Shown here: piece by piece, positions 48,693 to 58,013 of the stretch | How positions within the stretch are numbered: position 1 is the first letter of the stretch | Layout: the number at the start of each line of letters is the position of its first letter | NCBI GenBank assembly: GCA_038062955.1 | Contig: JBBTWE010000001.1 | Span: 453,640 to 517,639, forward strand | DNA from: Patescibacteria group bacterium | Lineage (GTDB): Bacteria > Patescibacteriota > Minisyncoccia > Phycocordibacterales > BOKC01 | DNA: 64,000 nt | Direction: 5' to 3' | Position numbers and translations under genes: made by a program | Notes under the pieces: generated by a model | The model's database searches: none | What the model saw: the letters and a program-made list of their open reading frames with translations, nothing else | Told to the model about the DNA's origin: nothing

Positions 48693-49787
48693 ATGAACAT
48701 ATCAAGTAAAACATTTTTATATTTTGGGATTATTCTGCTCGGTGTAAGTGGATTTTTTTTCACCATATTCCTCCCCTACCCTACAGGTTTTTACGCTTTC
48801 GTTGTCATGGCTGCGCTCGGAGGATTCTCCGTTTCCGCAAATGTTTGGCACACCAAGAAAAATCACAAAGAATTGGTCTGTCCTACCGGCTCTAATTGCA
48901 ACGTTGTCGTAAACAGTAGATATTCAAAGTTTTTTGGAATCCGCCTCGAATATATGGGGATGGCTTATTTTGCAATAATTATCTTGGGTTATTTAGCTCT
49001 TATTCTCTTCCCAGAATTTTTCGTTGGTGGCCGTCTCATCGCGCTTGCCATGCTTACAATCGCCGCCGCTCTCTTCTCCTGCTATTTGCTCTTCGTCCAG
49101 GCCGTTCTTTTGCGTTCCTGGTGCATTTGGTGCGTATTGGCTTCAATGATGTCTCTCACTGTATTTTTTATTTCACTTATAAGTCTTCCGCTTGCTACAG
49201 GTTTTCTCACAAGCATAGAAAATATAATTGTAATGCTTCAATTCCTGGGCTTCGTCTTGGGAATGGGTGGAGCTACTTCAGCTGTGTTCCTGTTTTTAAA
49301 CAATTTTCTCAAAGACTCAAGTATTGATGAAGATGAACTCAAAACTCTACAGAGTTTTTATGAATTAGTTTGGTTTGGGTTTGGACTTGTTCTTATAAGT
49401 CAATTTGCAATGTATGTGACCGCACCGGGAATTTTATCAGAATCTCCAACCTTTATTATGAGAATTATTTCCTTGATGGTTTCGGGCTTCTCCGGCGCGC
49501 TTCTTATGATAATTTTTGCTCCATTTTTGGTATTCGTACCATTCGTCAAACCAGAATCAAAACCTCACGGCTCATGGCTTCTTAAACTTCGCACTCCAAT
49601 TTTCGTAGTTGGCGCTGTTGCTCTGGCTTCTTGGTACTTTGCCTTTGCCACCCACTTTATGCCAACGAGATATAATATAGATACACTTATCATCGTTTAT
49701 CTCATTTTCTTAGGTCTGGCAGTAATCGCAGGTCTTCTTTGGGAAGAAATCGTGGGCCGAAGCTCACAACAAATAACAAAAGACTAA
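48693..49787 (+). CDS. Vitamin K epoxide reductase (VKOR)-domain membrane protein with extra C-terminal TM helices
   Basis: CPTGSNCNVVVNSRYSKFFGIRLEYMG and a CIWC (CxxC) redox motif in a TM helix, typical of bacterial VKOR homologs. Confidence 0.65.
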   Translation: MNISSKTFLYFGIILLGVSGFFFTIFLPYPTGFYAFVVMAALGGFSVSANVWHTKKNHKELVCPTGSNCNVVVNSRYSKFFGIRLEYMGMAYFAIIILGYLALILFPEFFVGGRLIALAMLTIAAALFSCYLLFVQAVLLRSWCIWCVLASMMSLTVFFISLISLPLATGFLTSIENIIVMLQFLGFVLGMGGATSAVFLFLNNFLKDSSIDEDELKTLQSFYELVWFGFGLVLISQFAMYVTAPGILSESPTFIMRIISLMVSGFSGALLMIIFAPFLVFVPFVKPESKPHGSWLLKLRTPIFVVGAVALASWYFAFATHFMPTRYNIDTLIIVYLIFLGLAVIAGLLWEEIVGRSSQQITKD

Positions 49788-49811
49788 TCACTATAACCTC
49801 ATAAAACTAAA

Positions 49812-49840
49812 ACACCCGCCAGCAGTGGCGGATGTTTTAA
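49812..49840 (+). terminator. Putative intrinsic terminator (short ccgcc/ggcgg stem plus T-run)
   Basis: Weak stem. Directly after the VKOR gene. Confidence 0.35.
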
Positions 49841-49869
49841 TTTGATTCACTAAAATCAAAGAGACCTAA

Positions 49870-49993
49870 ATTCTTTTATTTTTGAATGCAGTACGAGGCG
49901 ACAAGGAGCAAAAAAGTGAAATGTATGTAGTAATACTTTGAACTTTTTTGCGACGCAGTCAACAAAGTAATGCGTCAAAAATAAAAGAATTTT
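49870..49993 (-). repeat. Dispersed intergenic repeat family, copy J (near-identical to copy I)
   Basis: tttgaatgcagtacgaggcgacaaggagcaaaaaagtgaaatgtatgtagtaatactttgaacttttttgcgacgcagtcaacaaagtaatgcgtcaaaaataaaagaatttta. Confidence 0.85.
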
Positions 49994-50143
49994 ATTGTAC
50001 TGGGTTTTTCCCCTGTATAACTCTCACCAAAAACATGATAATCGCAACAACAAGGAGAACGTGAATAAACCAACCAATAGCGTAAACCCCAACAACTCCC
50101 AAAAACCAAAGAATTAGTAAAATGATTGCAATTGTAGTCAACA
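49991..50143 (-). CDS. lmo0937-family small membrane protein (50 aa); below the ORF-track length cutoff
   Basis: Reverse translation MLTTIAIILLILWFLGVVGVYAIGWFIHVLLVVAIIMFLVRVIQGKNPVQ matches the conserved lmo0937 family (MLWTI..ILLVLWLLGF...G..IH.LLVIAII..I.R.IQGR). Confidence 0.6.
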
Positions 50144-50223
50144 TGTTTATTTTGTAATTAATAGTTAATAAATCTATTTTAACTCTAACACGTTTCTATT
50201 CACTACAACATTGATGTTGGTGT

Positions 50224-50862
50224 TTATATCTTTTTCTTGAAGATTCGATACCCTATATAAGCTAGAAAAATAACTATCAGGCCTATGATTATGGCGTTTT
50301 CTGCCAAATCTATCTGTTCCGCATAAATTTTATATAAAGATCCAGCTTGCCATCCTACAATTCCTAAGATTGTCGCTCTTATGAAAGTACCTAAAAATGT
50401 ACAAATAATATATTTCAAAATTGAAATTCTCATGATACCAGAAAGAGCGCTTATGACGACAGAAGGAACTATAGGAACAGCTCGCAAAGCAAAAAGAGTG
50501 AGAGAATCTGCTTGCTTAGAAGCAAACTTGGCTTCAGTTTCTTCAACTGATTGCCATGAAACTCCCACATATTTCCCATATTTTTTCAAAAACGGTTTAC
50601 CTGCAAAATAAGCCAGAGTGTAAATAAATAAAGATCCAATAGTAACCCCTATTGTGGCTGGCAAAACAACAAACATCATGAGATATCCGAGCGAAGAGAC
50701 ATTTATGGGCAAACCATCCATAAAAGAAAACCCTGCTCCCATTATAACTAGACTTGATGGAATCGGAGCAATAACTTCTTCAACAATAGATGCGAGAAAA
50801 ACCCCCCAAGCGCCATAGGTAACAAAAAGATTTTCTGCGAAAATTACTAGTTGGGAAATCAT
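50224..50862 (-). CDS. DedA family membrane protein
   Basis: YGAWGVFLASIVEEVIAPIPSSLVIMGAGF resembles the DedA/SNARE-associated signature. Confidence 0.65.
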   Translation of the reverse strand: MISQLVIFAENLFVTYGAWGVFLASIVEEVIAPIPSSLVIMGAGFSFMDGLPINVSSLGYLMMFVVLPATIGVTIGSLFIYTLAYFAGKPFLKKYGKYVGVSWQSVEETEAKFASKQADSLTLFALRAVPIVPSVVISALSGIMRISILKYIICTFLGTFIRATILGIVGWQAGSLYKIYAEQIDLAENAIIIGLIVIFLAYIGYRIFKKKI

Positions 50863-50946
50863 TTTAAAAAAGTAGATTCAAGATTCATGATACAAGAATC
50901 AAGACTTAAAAATTTAGAAGAAGATTCCTATTCATGAATCGTGAAT

Positions 50947-51987
50947 CTACTGACTTATATGTTCACGATGAATTTCAAAATAGATATCAAGGAGGGCAAA
51001 AAGCAAACTCAAAACAAGTGGGCCAAGGATAAATCCAAGGGGACCAAAAAGAGATAGACCGCCAAAGATTGAGAGTAAAATTAAAAATGGATGAATGTGC
51101 ATTCCACGCTCCACGAGTCTTGGACCCAAAAAGTTATCAATAAGCCCGACTGCCGCTACTCCCCAAATGATAAGTCCTATCGCAAAAGGTGTCTGCCCGC
51201 TCCAAAAAAGATATAAAGCGGCTGGAACAATCACAAGTGCGGTGCCAAGGCCGGGTATCAAAGCGGTTATCGCCGCAATACTTCCCCAAAGCACAGGATT
51301 TGGAACATTGAAAATTAGGAAACCGATTGCGGTGAGAGCTCCTTGAATTAAAGCTATTCCAAGATTCCCGCGAATGACAGCATTGATCGCGGACTTAAGT
51401 TTGCGAAAAATAGCTTCATCATGATTATCTTGGAGAGGACTCGATGCCACAATTGCTCGTTTAAGTCTGCTTCCATCTTTGAAAATGTAATAGAGAGCCA
51501 TAAGAAATATAAAAACTCCCACAAATGCGGCGGCAAAATTTGAAACAATAGATGTTATGTGAGGAATGAACCATTTTAGACCTTGTTCGGTATATTGTTT
51601 TAAATCAAAGGAAAAATCAGCAGGCAGAAAGGCTAGATTCTTAATATTATTTACCAATTGCTCAACTTTATTATTGAAAGCGGAATTACTACCCTCTTCG
51701 GTAATAGAAAGATAAAGATGGGACGTTTCTTGAAAAACTTGAGTTGCTAAAAAAGAAATTGGAATTATGACAACAATCAAAACCGATATTGTGGATAGCA
51801 AAGCGGCCAAAACTTTTTTCTGTCCAGTCCATGTAAGAATTTTTTGATGCAATGGGTCAAAAACAGTCGCAAAAACTACAGCCAGAATTAAAACATAAAT
51901 AAATGGTTTAAACAGAAAAAAACCTAAAGTTAAAACAATTAGGAGAAGAAAAAGCAAAAAATATAGTTCGGATTTGTGCTTATCCAT
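50947..51987 (-). CDS. AI-2E family transporter (UPF0118 permease)
   Basis: Eight TM helices with the AI-2E pattern, 346 aa. Confidence 0.7.
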   Translation of the reverse strand: MDKHKSELYFLLFLLLIVLTLGFFLFKPFIYVLILAVVFATVFDPLHQKILTWTGQKKVLAALLSTISVLIVVIIPISFLATQVFQETSHLYLSITEEGSNSAFNNKVEQLVNNIKNLAFLPADFSFDLKQYTEQGLKWFIPHITSIVSNFAAAFVGVFIFLMALYYIFKDGSRLKRAIVASSPLQDNHDEAIFRKLKSAINAVIRGNLGIALIQGALTAIGFLIFNVPNPVLWGSIAAITALIPGLGTALVIVPAALYLFWSGQTPFAIGLIIWGVAAVGLIDNFLGPRLVERGMHIHPFLILLSIFGGLSLFGPLGFILGPLVLSLLFALLDIYFEIHREHISQ

Positions 51988-52032
51988 AAAGATAATATTC
52001 CCTTAATGTTATCACAAAAAACCACCTTTCAC

Positions 52033-52596
52033 TTAGTATTTCCTAATAACCCCCTTCACTACGCCGCCGATTGTAAGTTGGCTTTCCGGATAAATATTTT
52101 GAAAATTTTTATTGGCCGGTTCAAGAAAATATCCAGATTTCTCTTTCTTTAAATATTTAAGCGTCCAATCCCCGTCCACACAAGCTACCACGATATCTCC
52201 TATTTTTGCATTTTCAGTTTTTTCAACAATAACCAAATCCCCTTCGGTAATACTGGCATCAATCATTGAATCCCCAGAAACTGTAAGAACATAATGAGAC
52301 TTTTTATTTTTACCAACTATGTACTCATCAAGACTCATAGTTCCCGAGAAATCTTCCTCGGCTGCGGTTGGAAAACCAGCCTGAACAGTTCCTAATACCT
52401 TAAGTTCTCCTAAACTTAGTGGCGTAATTTTGCCTTGTGCATCTTTTTCGATCACACCTTCATCTTTAAGTTTATTTAAAAGTTTATAGACAGAATTTTT
52501 GGATTTGAAACCACAAAACTGCATGATCTCTTTATAACCTGGCATCCGCTTATTTCTTTCATAGAAATCGAGAATTTTCTCCTTGTATTGTTCCAT
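52033..52596 (-). CDS. lexA: LexA repressor (S24 peptidase)
   Basis: N-terminal wHTH. Ser protease motif VSGDSMIDASI, catalytic Lys in LKYLKK, VIRKY end. Confidence 0.85.
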   Translation of the reverse strand: MEQYKEKILDFYERNKRMPGYKEIMQFCGFKSKNSVYKLLNKLKDEGVIEKDAQGKITPLSLGELKVLGTVQAGFPTAAEEDFSGTMSLDEYIVGKNKKSHYVLTVSGDSMIDASITEGDLVIVEKTENAKIGDIVVACVDGDWTLKYLKKEKSGYFLEPANKNFQNIYPESQLTIGGVVKGVIRKY

Positions 52597-52617
52597 AGTG
52601 TGTAAAACTTCTATATT

Positions 52618-52735
52618 CAGCGCATCTCATCGTTACTTCGCTCCGAGCCTCCCTCACCGTATCAGTACATACGGCTCGGTACGGTTCTCACTTGCGCCTT
52701 GATCTGCATCTGAACATAAAAGTTTTTAGTTTACT
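52618..52735 (+). repeat. Dispersed intergenic repeat family, copy F (in the lexA upstream/leader region)
   Basis: cgcatctcatcgttacttcgctccgagcctccctcaccgtatcagtacatacggctcggtacggttctcacttgcgccttgatctgcat. Confidence 0.85.
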
Positions 52736-52925
52736 TACTGATGAGACGCTTGAAAAAGAACCCCCAAATCGAATCACTCTCCATTCCTCGAAGTCGAGCA
52801 GTCAATATCTTGTGTCTCAAAGATTCTTTCCTGTATGACTCGCCCTTAATAATCTTTCGATCAATTATGTTATTAAGGTGGGCCAATTCCAGTCTTATGT
52901 ATTTTTGAGATTGCTGTCTGCTCAT
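52731..52925 (-). CDS. Questionable small ORF (64 aa) between the LexA box and the repeat
   Basis: No motif. Its 3' end overlaps repeat copy F. May simply be lexA leader. Confidence 0.2.
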   Translation of the reverse strand: MSRQQSQKYIRLELAHLNNIIDRKIIKGESYRKESLRHKILTARLRGMESDSIWGFFFKRLISK

Positions 52926-52938
52926 ACAAACAGTATAG

Positions 52939-52954
52939 GTGAACTAGGGTTCAC
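52939..52954. promoter_or_regulatory. Putative LexA operator (Cheo-box-like GAAC-N4-GTTC within the palindrome gtGAACtaggGTTCac)
   Basis: Perfect GAAC-N4-GTTC inside a 16-bp palindrome, upstream of lexA on the lexA strand. Confidence 0.45.
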
Positions 52955-53161
52955 CAGTCAAGCTCATACCTGTGGATAACCTCGCGCATCTCAATTAAAA
53001 TATAGTTGATTGAGATGATTGGTTATCAAGTTATTTTTTATTATGATCGCCCCGTACTTGTTTTTGAAGTGTTGTTGGTGAGGATATAGCTTGATTCAAA
53101 ATAGCAAAAAAACTATCTTTATTTTTTGGGTTTATTTTTTTATTTTGATTCATATTTTTAA

Positions 53162-53419
53162 TTAGTCACCATAACCCTCCTTCTTCCACCACTCTAACAT
53201 TTCTTTTGGGTCAACACCACAGTGTCTCATACATTTTTTTATAGAAGACATTGTGCCATCAGGAATTTCTTCATTCCTGTTTGGTAATTTTAACGTATAG
53301 TTAAAGCCTCTTCTTGCCCATATTTCATCGTCTCCGTTTGTATTTGCAAGATAAAAATCTTTTGTTTCTAAAAATTTCTTTATGATTTCGGCTTTTCTTG
53401 CTCTGAAAAACTTAGGCAT
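53162..53419 (-). CDS. HicA-like toxin candidate (type II TA)
   Basis: KLPNRNEEIPDGTMSSIKKCMRHCGVD resembles the HicA ...VP.H...L..GTLRSILKQAGL C-terminus. The canonical catalytic His is not obvious. 8-nt overlap with the upstream HicB-like gene. Confidence 0.4.
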   Translation of the reverse strand: MPKFFRARKAEIIKKFLETKDFYLANTNGDDEIWARRGFNYTLKLPNRNEEIPDGTMSSIKKCMRHCGVDPKEMLEWWKKEGYGD

Positions 53420-53759
53420 GTGTACTAGACAATCTATTATTAGGTATGTGTTGGGTAAGAAGCTTTATTTCACCATTAAATCTTGAGAACAAATTAACAA
53501 TTGAGCTTAATAAAGGAGCAACAAAAAACAGCATCAAATATTTAAATGGTGGTCTCACATTTAACGACGGTTCGAGATTAGGATTTTTTTGCACGGTTTC
53601 AAGTAAAAGTATAGAACTCCTAAAAAGTCTTTCCACAAGGTCTTTTTCTGACTTTCCTTCTTCCACAAAACCAAACTCTTTGCAAATCCCAAGATAGCCT
53701 TTCTCACCTCTGTTTATTATAAGATAGTGTATTTTTCCTTTTTTAGCTGTATTTCTCAT
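53412..53759 (-). CDS. HicB-like antitoxin candidate
   Basis: KIHYLIINRGEKGYLGICKEFGFVEEGKSEKDLVERL fits the HicB N-terminal pattern (..DGGY.V.VPDLPGC.TQGDT.EEAL.N). The C-terminal third is low-confidence. Confidence 0.4.
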   Translation of the reverse strand: MRNTAKKGKIHYLIINRGEKGYLGICKEFGFVEEGKSEKDLVERLFRSSILLLETVQKNPNLEPSLNVRPPFKYLMLFFVAPLLSSIVNLFSRFNGEIKLLTQHIPNNRLSSTHA

Positions 53760-53822
53760 AACCTATGTAAGTTATATATACTAAGAACAAAAAAAATTGT
53801 CAACATTAGTAATGAGGTGGCC

Positions 53823-54041
53823 TTACTTTTTATTTCCAGAAACAACGTAAAGGAAAAAATATCTAACACCTATCAATAATCCAGCGAACACTACAAACGT
53901 CAATAAAACAAAGTCATTTGTAAAAATATTATCAATGGCAGAAAAAAATATCAAAATAAAAATAATCCAAACAAAAACATAGATGCCTTTTGCAAATCTA
54001 AACCACCAATAATCTTTTAATTTTTCTCTCGGAATAGTCAT
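53823..54041 (-). CDS. Small membrane protein (2 TM)
   Basis: Hydrophobic 72-aa ORF. Confidence 0.35.
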   Translation of the reverse strand: MTIPREKLKDYWWFRFAKGIYVFVWIIFILIFFSAIDNIFTNDFVLLTFVVFAGLLIGVRYFFLYVVSGNKK

Positions 54042-54139
54042 TTTGATTAATATTTCAATTATACACCTATTATATCTTTAAAAAAGATAGAGTATAAGTG
54101 TTTTTCCTAAATCTTAAATCGTATATCTTAAATCTTCCT

Positions 54140-55375
54140 CTATTCGTAACGAAGCGCTTCCATCGGACTCTTCTTTGCGGCGCGGCGGGCTGGATAAATT
54201 CCGAAAACTAAACCGATAAAAGCAGAAACAGCGAGGCCCAAAATTGCAGCAGAAATTGGAAAAGTAAATGTCCAGCCGGAGGCAACAGTCGAACTCAAAA
54301 CAAGCGCTGCCAAAAATGAAATTCCAGCACCTAAAATTATTCCGATTACTCCTCCGAAGCCTGTCAGGATGATTGCTTCAAATAAAAATTGAAATAGTAT
54401 ATCTCCTTCTGTCGCTCCCAAAGCTTTCCGCAAACCAATCTCACGAGTTCTTTCAGTCACCGAAACAAGCATAATATTCATAATTCCAATACCTCCGACA
54501 ACCAGAGAAATCCCAGCAACCGACCCGAGGAGAGCGGTAAGCACAGTAGTGATAGTGCCAACAATGTCGGCCGCTTCTTCCGGAGTGTTTACGTTAAAAT
54601 CATCATTTTCCGGATCAGTAATTTTATGCGACTCACGTAAGGTAGCCTCAATATCATGTACGACACGCGGTACCATTTCCTTGGACTCGGCTTTTATCAT
54701 TATCGAATTAAAATGATTAGTGCCAGTTATATATTGCTGGGCAGTGGTATATGGCATGAGAACCATTTCATCAACACTGAAAATTGAAGTCTCACTATCT
54801 GGAAATACACCGATAATTCTATAAGACTGCTCTTTGATCCTAATTGTCTCGCCGACTGCGTCAGAAAGTCCGAAAAGATCTTCTTTAATAGTAGTACCCA
54901 AAACCGCCACTCTCGCTTTTTGTTTAACATCCTCTTCAGTAAAAAATTGTCCGACTTCCGGATAAACTCCCAAAATATCTGGGAAAATTTCTCCCGAACC
55001 AACTACTGTTGATCTTTTGGTTTCCCTCTCATAGACAACAGAAGCCGGTTGCATGACCATCGGGCTTATGTCTCGTAACCCTTGCACGTTGGCTTTGTTA
55101 CGTAGTGCCACAATATCTTTTGGTTTTAAAGAATCCGTATAAACTTCTGCAAAATTTGATGGGCCTTCCGGCTGTCTCCCCGGGTCAATCGAGATAGTAG
55201 TAGCACCCAATCCTTCAATCTGATTGAGAATTAAATCTTCGGCGCCTTGGCCAATAGACATAACAATAATGATTGAAGTAATTCCAATCACAATTCCAAG
55301 AATGGTCAGAAGTGATCTGGATTTGTTGGTGGCAAGGCCGGTGTATGCGGTTCTGATTCTGTGTTTAAATAACAT
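54140..55375 (-). CDS. ABC transporter permease, MacB/FtsX family
   Basis: N-terminal TM, large periplasmic domain, C-terminal FtsX-like 3-TM bundle. 411 aa. Confidence 0.8.
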   Translation of the reverse strand: MLFKHRIRTAYTGLATNKSRSLLTILGIVIGITSIIIVMSIGQGAEDLILNQIEGLGATTISIDPGRQPEGPSNFAEVYTDSLKPKDIVALRNKANVQGLRDISPMVMQPASVVYERETKRSTVVGSGEIFPDILGVYPEVGQFFTEEDVKQKARVAVLGTTIKEDLFGLSDAVGETIRIKEQSYRIIGVFPDSETSIFSVDEMVLMPYTTAQQYITGTNHFNSIMIKAESKEMVPRVVHDIEATLRESHKITDPENDDFNVNTPEEAADIVGTITTVLTALLGSVAGISLVVGGIGIMNIMLVSVTERTREIGLRKALGATEGDILFQFLFEAIILTGFGGVIGIILGAGISFLAALVLSSTVASGWTFTFPISAAILGLAVSAFIGLVFGIYPARRAAKKSPMEALRYE

Positions 55376-55391
55376 GTTTATAACTTTTGTA

Positions 55392-55505
55392 TTTGACGCA
55401 TCTCATCGTTGCTTCGCTCTGGTGCTCCCTCGTCGTATTACTGAATACGTCTCGGTTCGCTCCTCGCTTGCGCCTTGATCTGCATTAAAATCTAAAAGTT
55501 CTAAT
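55392..55505 (+). repeat. Dispersed intergenic repeat family, copy G (between the ABC ATPase and permease genes)
   Basis: tttgacgcatctcatcgttgcttcgctctggtgctccctcgtcgtattactgaatacgtctcggttcgctcctcgcttgcgccttgatctgcattaaaatctaaaagttctaa. Confidence 0.85.
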
Positions 55506-56221
55506 TATTTTGTGTAATTTTCGCTAACACGACGACCAGTCGCCAATTTTGTATCACTTTCAATCAGTCCATCTTTAATGCGGATTATTCTTCTTGCGTG
55601 TTCAGCAGTTCCTGTCTCGTGAGTAATAAGCATGATCGTCTGACCTTGATCGTTTAATTTCTGAATTATTTCCATCACAATTTTTCCCGATTTTGAATCC
55701 AAGTTTCCGGTCGGTTCATCAGCAAAAATGATGCTTGGTTTGTTTACAAGCGCACGCGCAATCGCCACTCTCTGTTTTTCTCCACCAGAAAGTTTGGCTG
55801 GTTCAAAGTCGAGACGATGACTCAAACCCACCGCCTCGATCGCCTCTCTCGCCCGAGCGTCCCACTCTGACTCCTTAACATCAGAATAAAGTAGGGGCAA
55901 TTTCACATTTTCGAGCACTGAAGTTCGTGACAATAAATTAAAAGCTTGAAAAATAAATCCTAATTTTTTATTGCGGATTTTTGCGACTTCCTCATCTGAA
56001 TATTTACCCATTTCACGTCCTTCAAAAATATATTCTCCAGAAGTATAGCTATCGAGAAAACCTAAAATCTGAAGAAGGGTTGATTTACCCGAACCCGATG
56101 GACCCATGACGGCCACAAATTCTCCAGGTTCAACTTTGAAATTTATACCATGAAGAACAGGGGTTAGAGTTTCCCCATCTTGATAGGTTTTTTTTAGATT
56201 TTTAACTTCAAGAAGCGGCAT
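55505..56221 (-). CDS. ABC transporter ATP-binding protein (MacB/LolD-type)
   Basis: GPSGSGKSTLLQILG, LSGGEKQRVAIARAL, IIFADEPTGNLD. Confidence 0.85.
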   Translation of the reverse strand: MPLLEVKNLKKTYQDGETLTPVLHGINFKVEPGEFVAVMGPSGSGKSTLLQILGFLDSYTSGEYIFEGREMGKYSDEEVAKIRNKKLGFIFQAFNLLSRTSVLENVKLPLLYSDVKESEWDARAREAIEAVGLSHRLDFEPAKLSGGEKQRVAIARALVNKPSIIFADEPTGNLDSKSGKIVMEIIQKLNDQGQTIMLITHETGTAEHARRIIRIKDGLIESDTKLATGRRVSENYTK

Positions 56222-56252
56222 AGATTAAGTCTAGATGTTACGGGTAAATCTA

Positions 56253-57794
56253 TTATTTAGTTTCTGTAAACACAATCACTTTGTCTCCCTCGGCAAGTCC
56301 TTCTGTTATTTCTACATTTCCATCAGAGCCACGAAGTCCTGTCTTTACAATTTTTTCTGCAATAGTACCGTCAATGTTCTGTACTTGAACAAATTTTTGT
56401 CCATCTCTCGAAATAACTGATCGGCCAGGCACCGCTAGAACATTCTCTTTCTTTTCACCCTTTACAGTTATGTCGGCGGTCATACCAGATTTGATTCGAT
56501 TGTCTGGCAGAGTAAATTCAAAGGTGGTTTTATAAGTCGCTACCCCATCAAGCAGAGTTTCAGCTGGATTCACAGACACCACAATCGCAGTAAACACGAC
56601 ATCATTTCCGTAAGCATCCAAGGTTACATCAGCCAAAGCTCCAACTTTCATCTTAGCAATGTCAGCCTCCGGTAAATTAGCTTCAATTTCATACTCATTC
56701 AAAGATATGAGAGAAATTACCGGTTCATTTTGAGAAATAGTTTCTCCAACTTCTGCCAGCACTTCTGTTACCACTCCATTTATTGGAGACCGAATAGCCC
56801 GGTGATTTATGGCAATTTGCGTGTCTTCGATATCAAGCTCGGCTTGTCTCACATCAATCTTAAGGCTTTCAATATCTTTATCTTCGTCAGTGATTCCCTC
56901 TTTGAAATTTTTAATATCATCTATAATCTCAAACAATTCTGAAAGATGCGTATTGATTGAGTCAGTAAATCCGTCTAGTGTTTCTTGATCTTCCACAAGT
57001 TCCTCCGGTAAGTCTTGATCGATTATTCTATTCTCAACTAAATCCACCAGATTGTTTACTTTCTTAACGACATCGGCAACGTCCTTGGCGACTTCATATG
57101 TTTGTTCAATCAATGATCCAATAGCTTCTGTCTCGGATTCTCGGTCAAGAGTTCTGTACAATTTTTGCATTGTTTCAAACTGTCTTTTGGCCGCAAAATA
57201 TGCTTTAGTTGTTTCCTTTCTCAAATCTTTGGCCGCATTTCCATAACGCAAACTAGTGACATCTCTCGATATATAATTATGAGAAAGTACATCGTCTAAA
57301 TCAGTAATTATCGAGGGTAAATCCAAAAAAGTTTCGGACACAATATTGAACCCATCTTCATAAGCAATCTTAAGATCATCTTCTGAATTAGTTTTTGTTT
57401 CCTGCTTATTTAGAGCGATTTTAGATCTCTCAAGTTCTGTTTCTTGCCTCGCAAGACGCACCCATAAGTCATCACTGTTCACTCGTAAAAGAGTTTGTCC
57501 TTTTATGATTTCTTGTCCAACTATTACATTGATAGCAACAATCTTACCACCAGACTCGATAGCCAATTCTACTTTTTCTGCTGATTCAACTCGGCCAGTT
57601 ACGCTAATTTCTTCAGCAACAGTCACAGGCACAACTTCTAAAACTTCGGTTTTGAGTTCATCACCGCCAGAAGCCATGACAAAACCACCAATTAAAAGGA
57701 TGATGGCTATGATTATCGAGAGAATTTTGTGTTTTTTCACAAAACCCCAGATTTTCCCCCAGATTTTTTTCAAGATGATTTTAATTTTTTGCAT
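56253..57794 (-). CDS. HlyD/MacA-family periplasmic adaptor (membrane fusion protein) with a long coiled coil
   Basis: N-terminal TM, biotinyl/lipoyl-like and beta-barrel segments flanking a coiled coil of about 200 aa. Head of the MFP-ATPase-permease operon. Confidence 0.75.
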   Translation of the reverse strand: MQKIKIILKKIWGKIWGFVKKHKILSIIIAIILLIGGFVMASGGDELKTEVLEVVPVTVAEEISVTGRVESAEKVELAIESGGKIVAINVIVGQEIIKGQTLLRVNSDDLWVRLARQETELERSKIALNKQETKTNSEDDLKIAYEDGFNIVSETFLDLPSIITDLDDVLSHNYISRDVTSLRYGNAAKDLRKETTKAYFAAKRQFETMQKLYRTLDRESETEAIGSLIEQTYEVAKDVADVVKKVNNLVDLVENRIIDQDLPEELVEDQETLDGFTDSINTHLSELFEIIDDIKNFKEGITDEDKDIESLKIDVRQAELDIEDTQIAINHRAIRSPINGVVTEVLAEVGETISQNEPVISLISLNEYEIEANLPEADIAKMKVGALADVTLDAYGNDVVFTAIVVSVNPAETLLDGVATYKTTFEFTLPDNRIKSGMTADITVKGEKKENVLAVPGRSVISRDGQKFVQVQNIDGTIAEKIVKTGLRGSDGNVEITEGLAEGDKVIVFTETK

Positions 57795-57884
57795 AATTGT
57801 TTAAGAAATATGGCCTTTAGTTGCACTATATAAGCACAAATTAAAAAAATCGTCAACCCTTTTGACGATTTTTCTTTTATGAAG

Positions 57885-57990
57885 AGTTCTTAGAAATTTC
57901 AGATTTGAGACAAGTTTTTTAATAAAACCGAGTACCGGAGCGAGACGTATGTACTTATACGATGAGTGGAGGAGCGGAGATTTTAGTAAA
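57885..57990 (-). repeat. Dispersed intergenic repeat family, copy H (partial, reverse orientation)
   Basis: Reverse complement carries ctccgctcctccactcatcgtataagtacatacgtctcgctccggtactcgg plus a caaatctgaaatttctaa tail as in copies C and D. Confidence 0.7.
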
Positions 57991-58013
57991 AAAATTGGCC
58001 AAATGTGGAAGTT

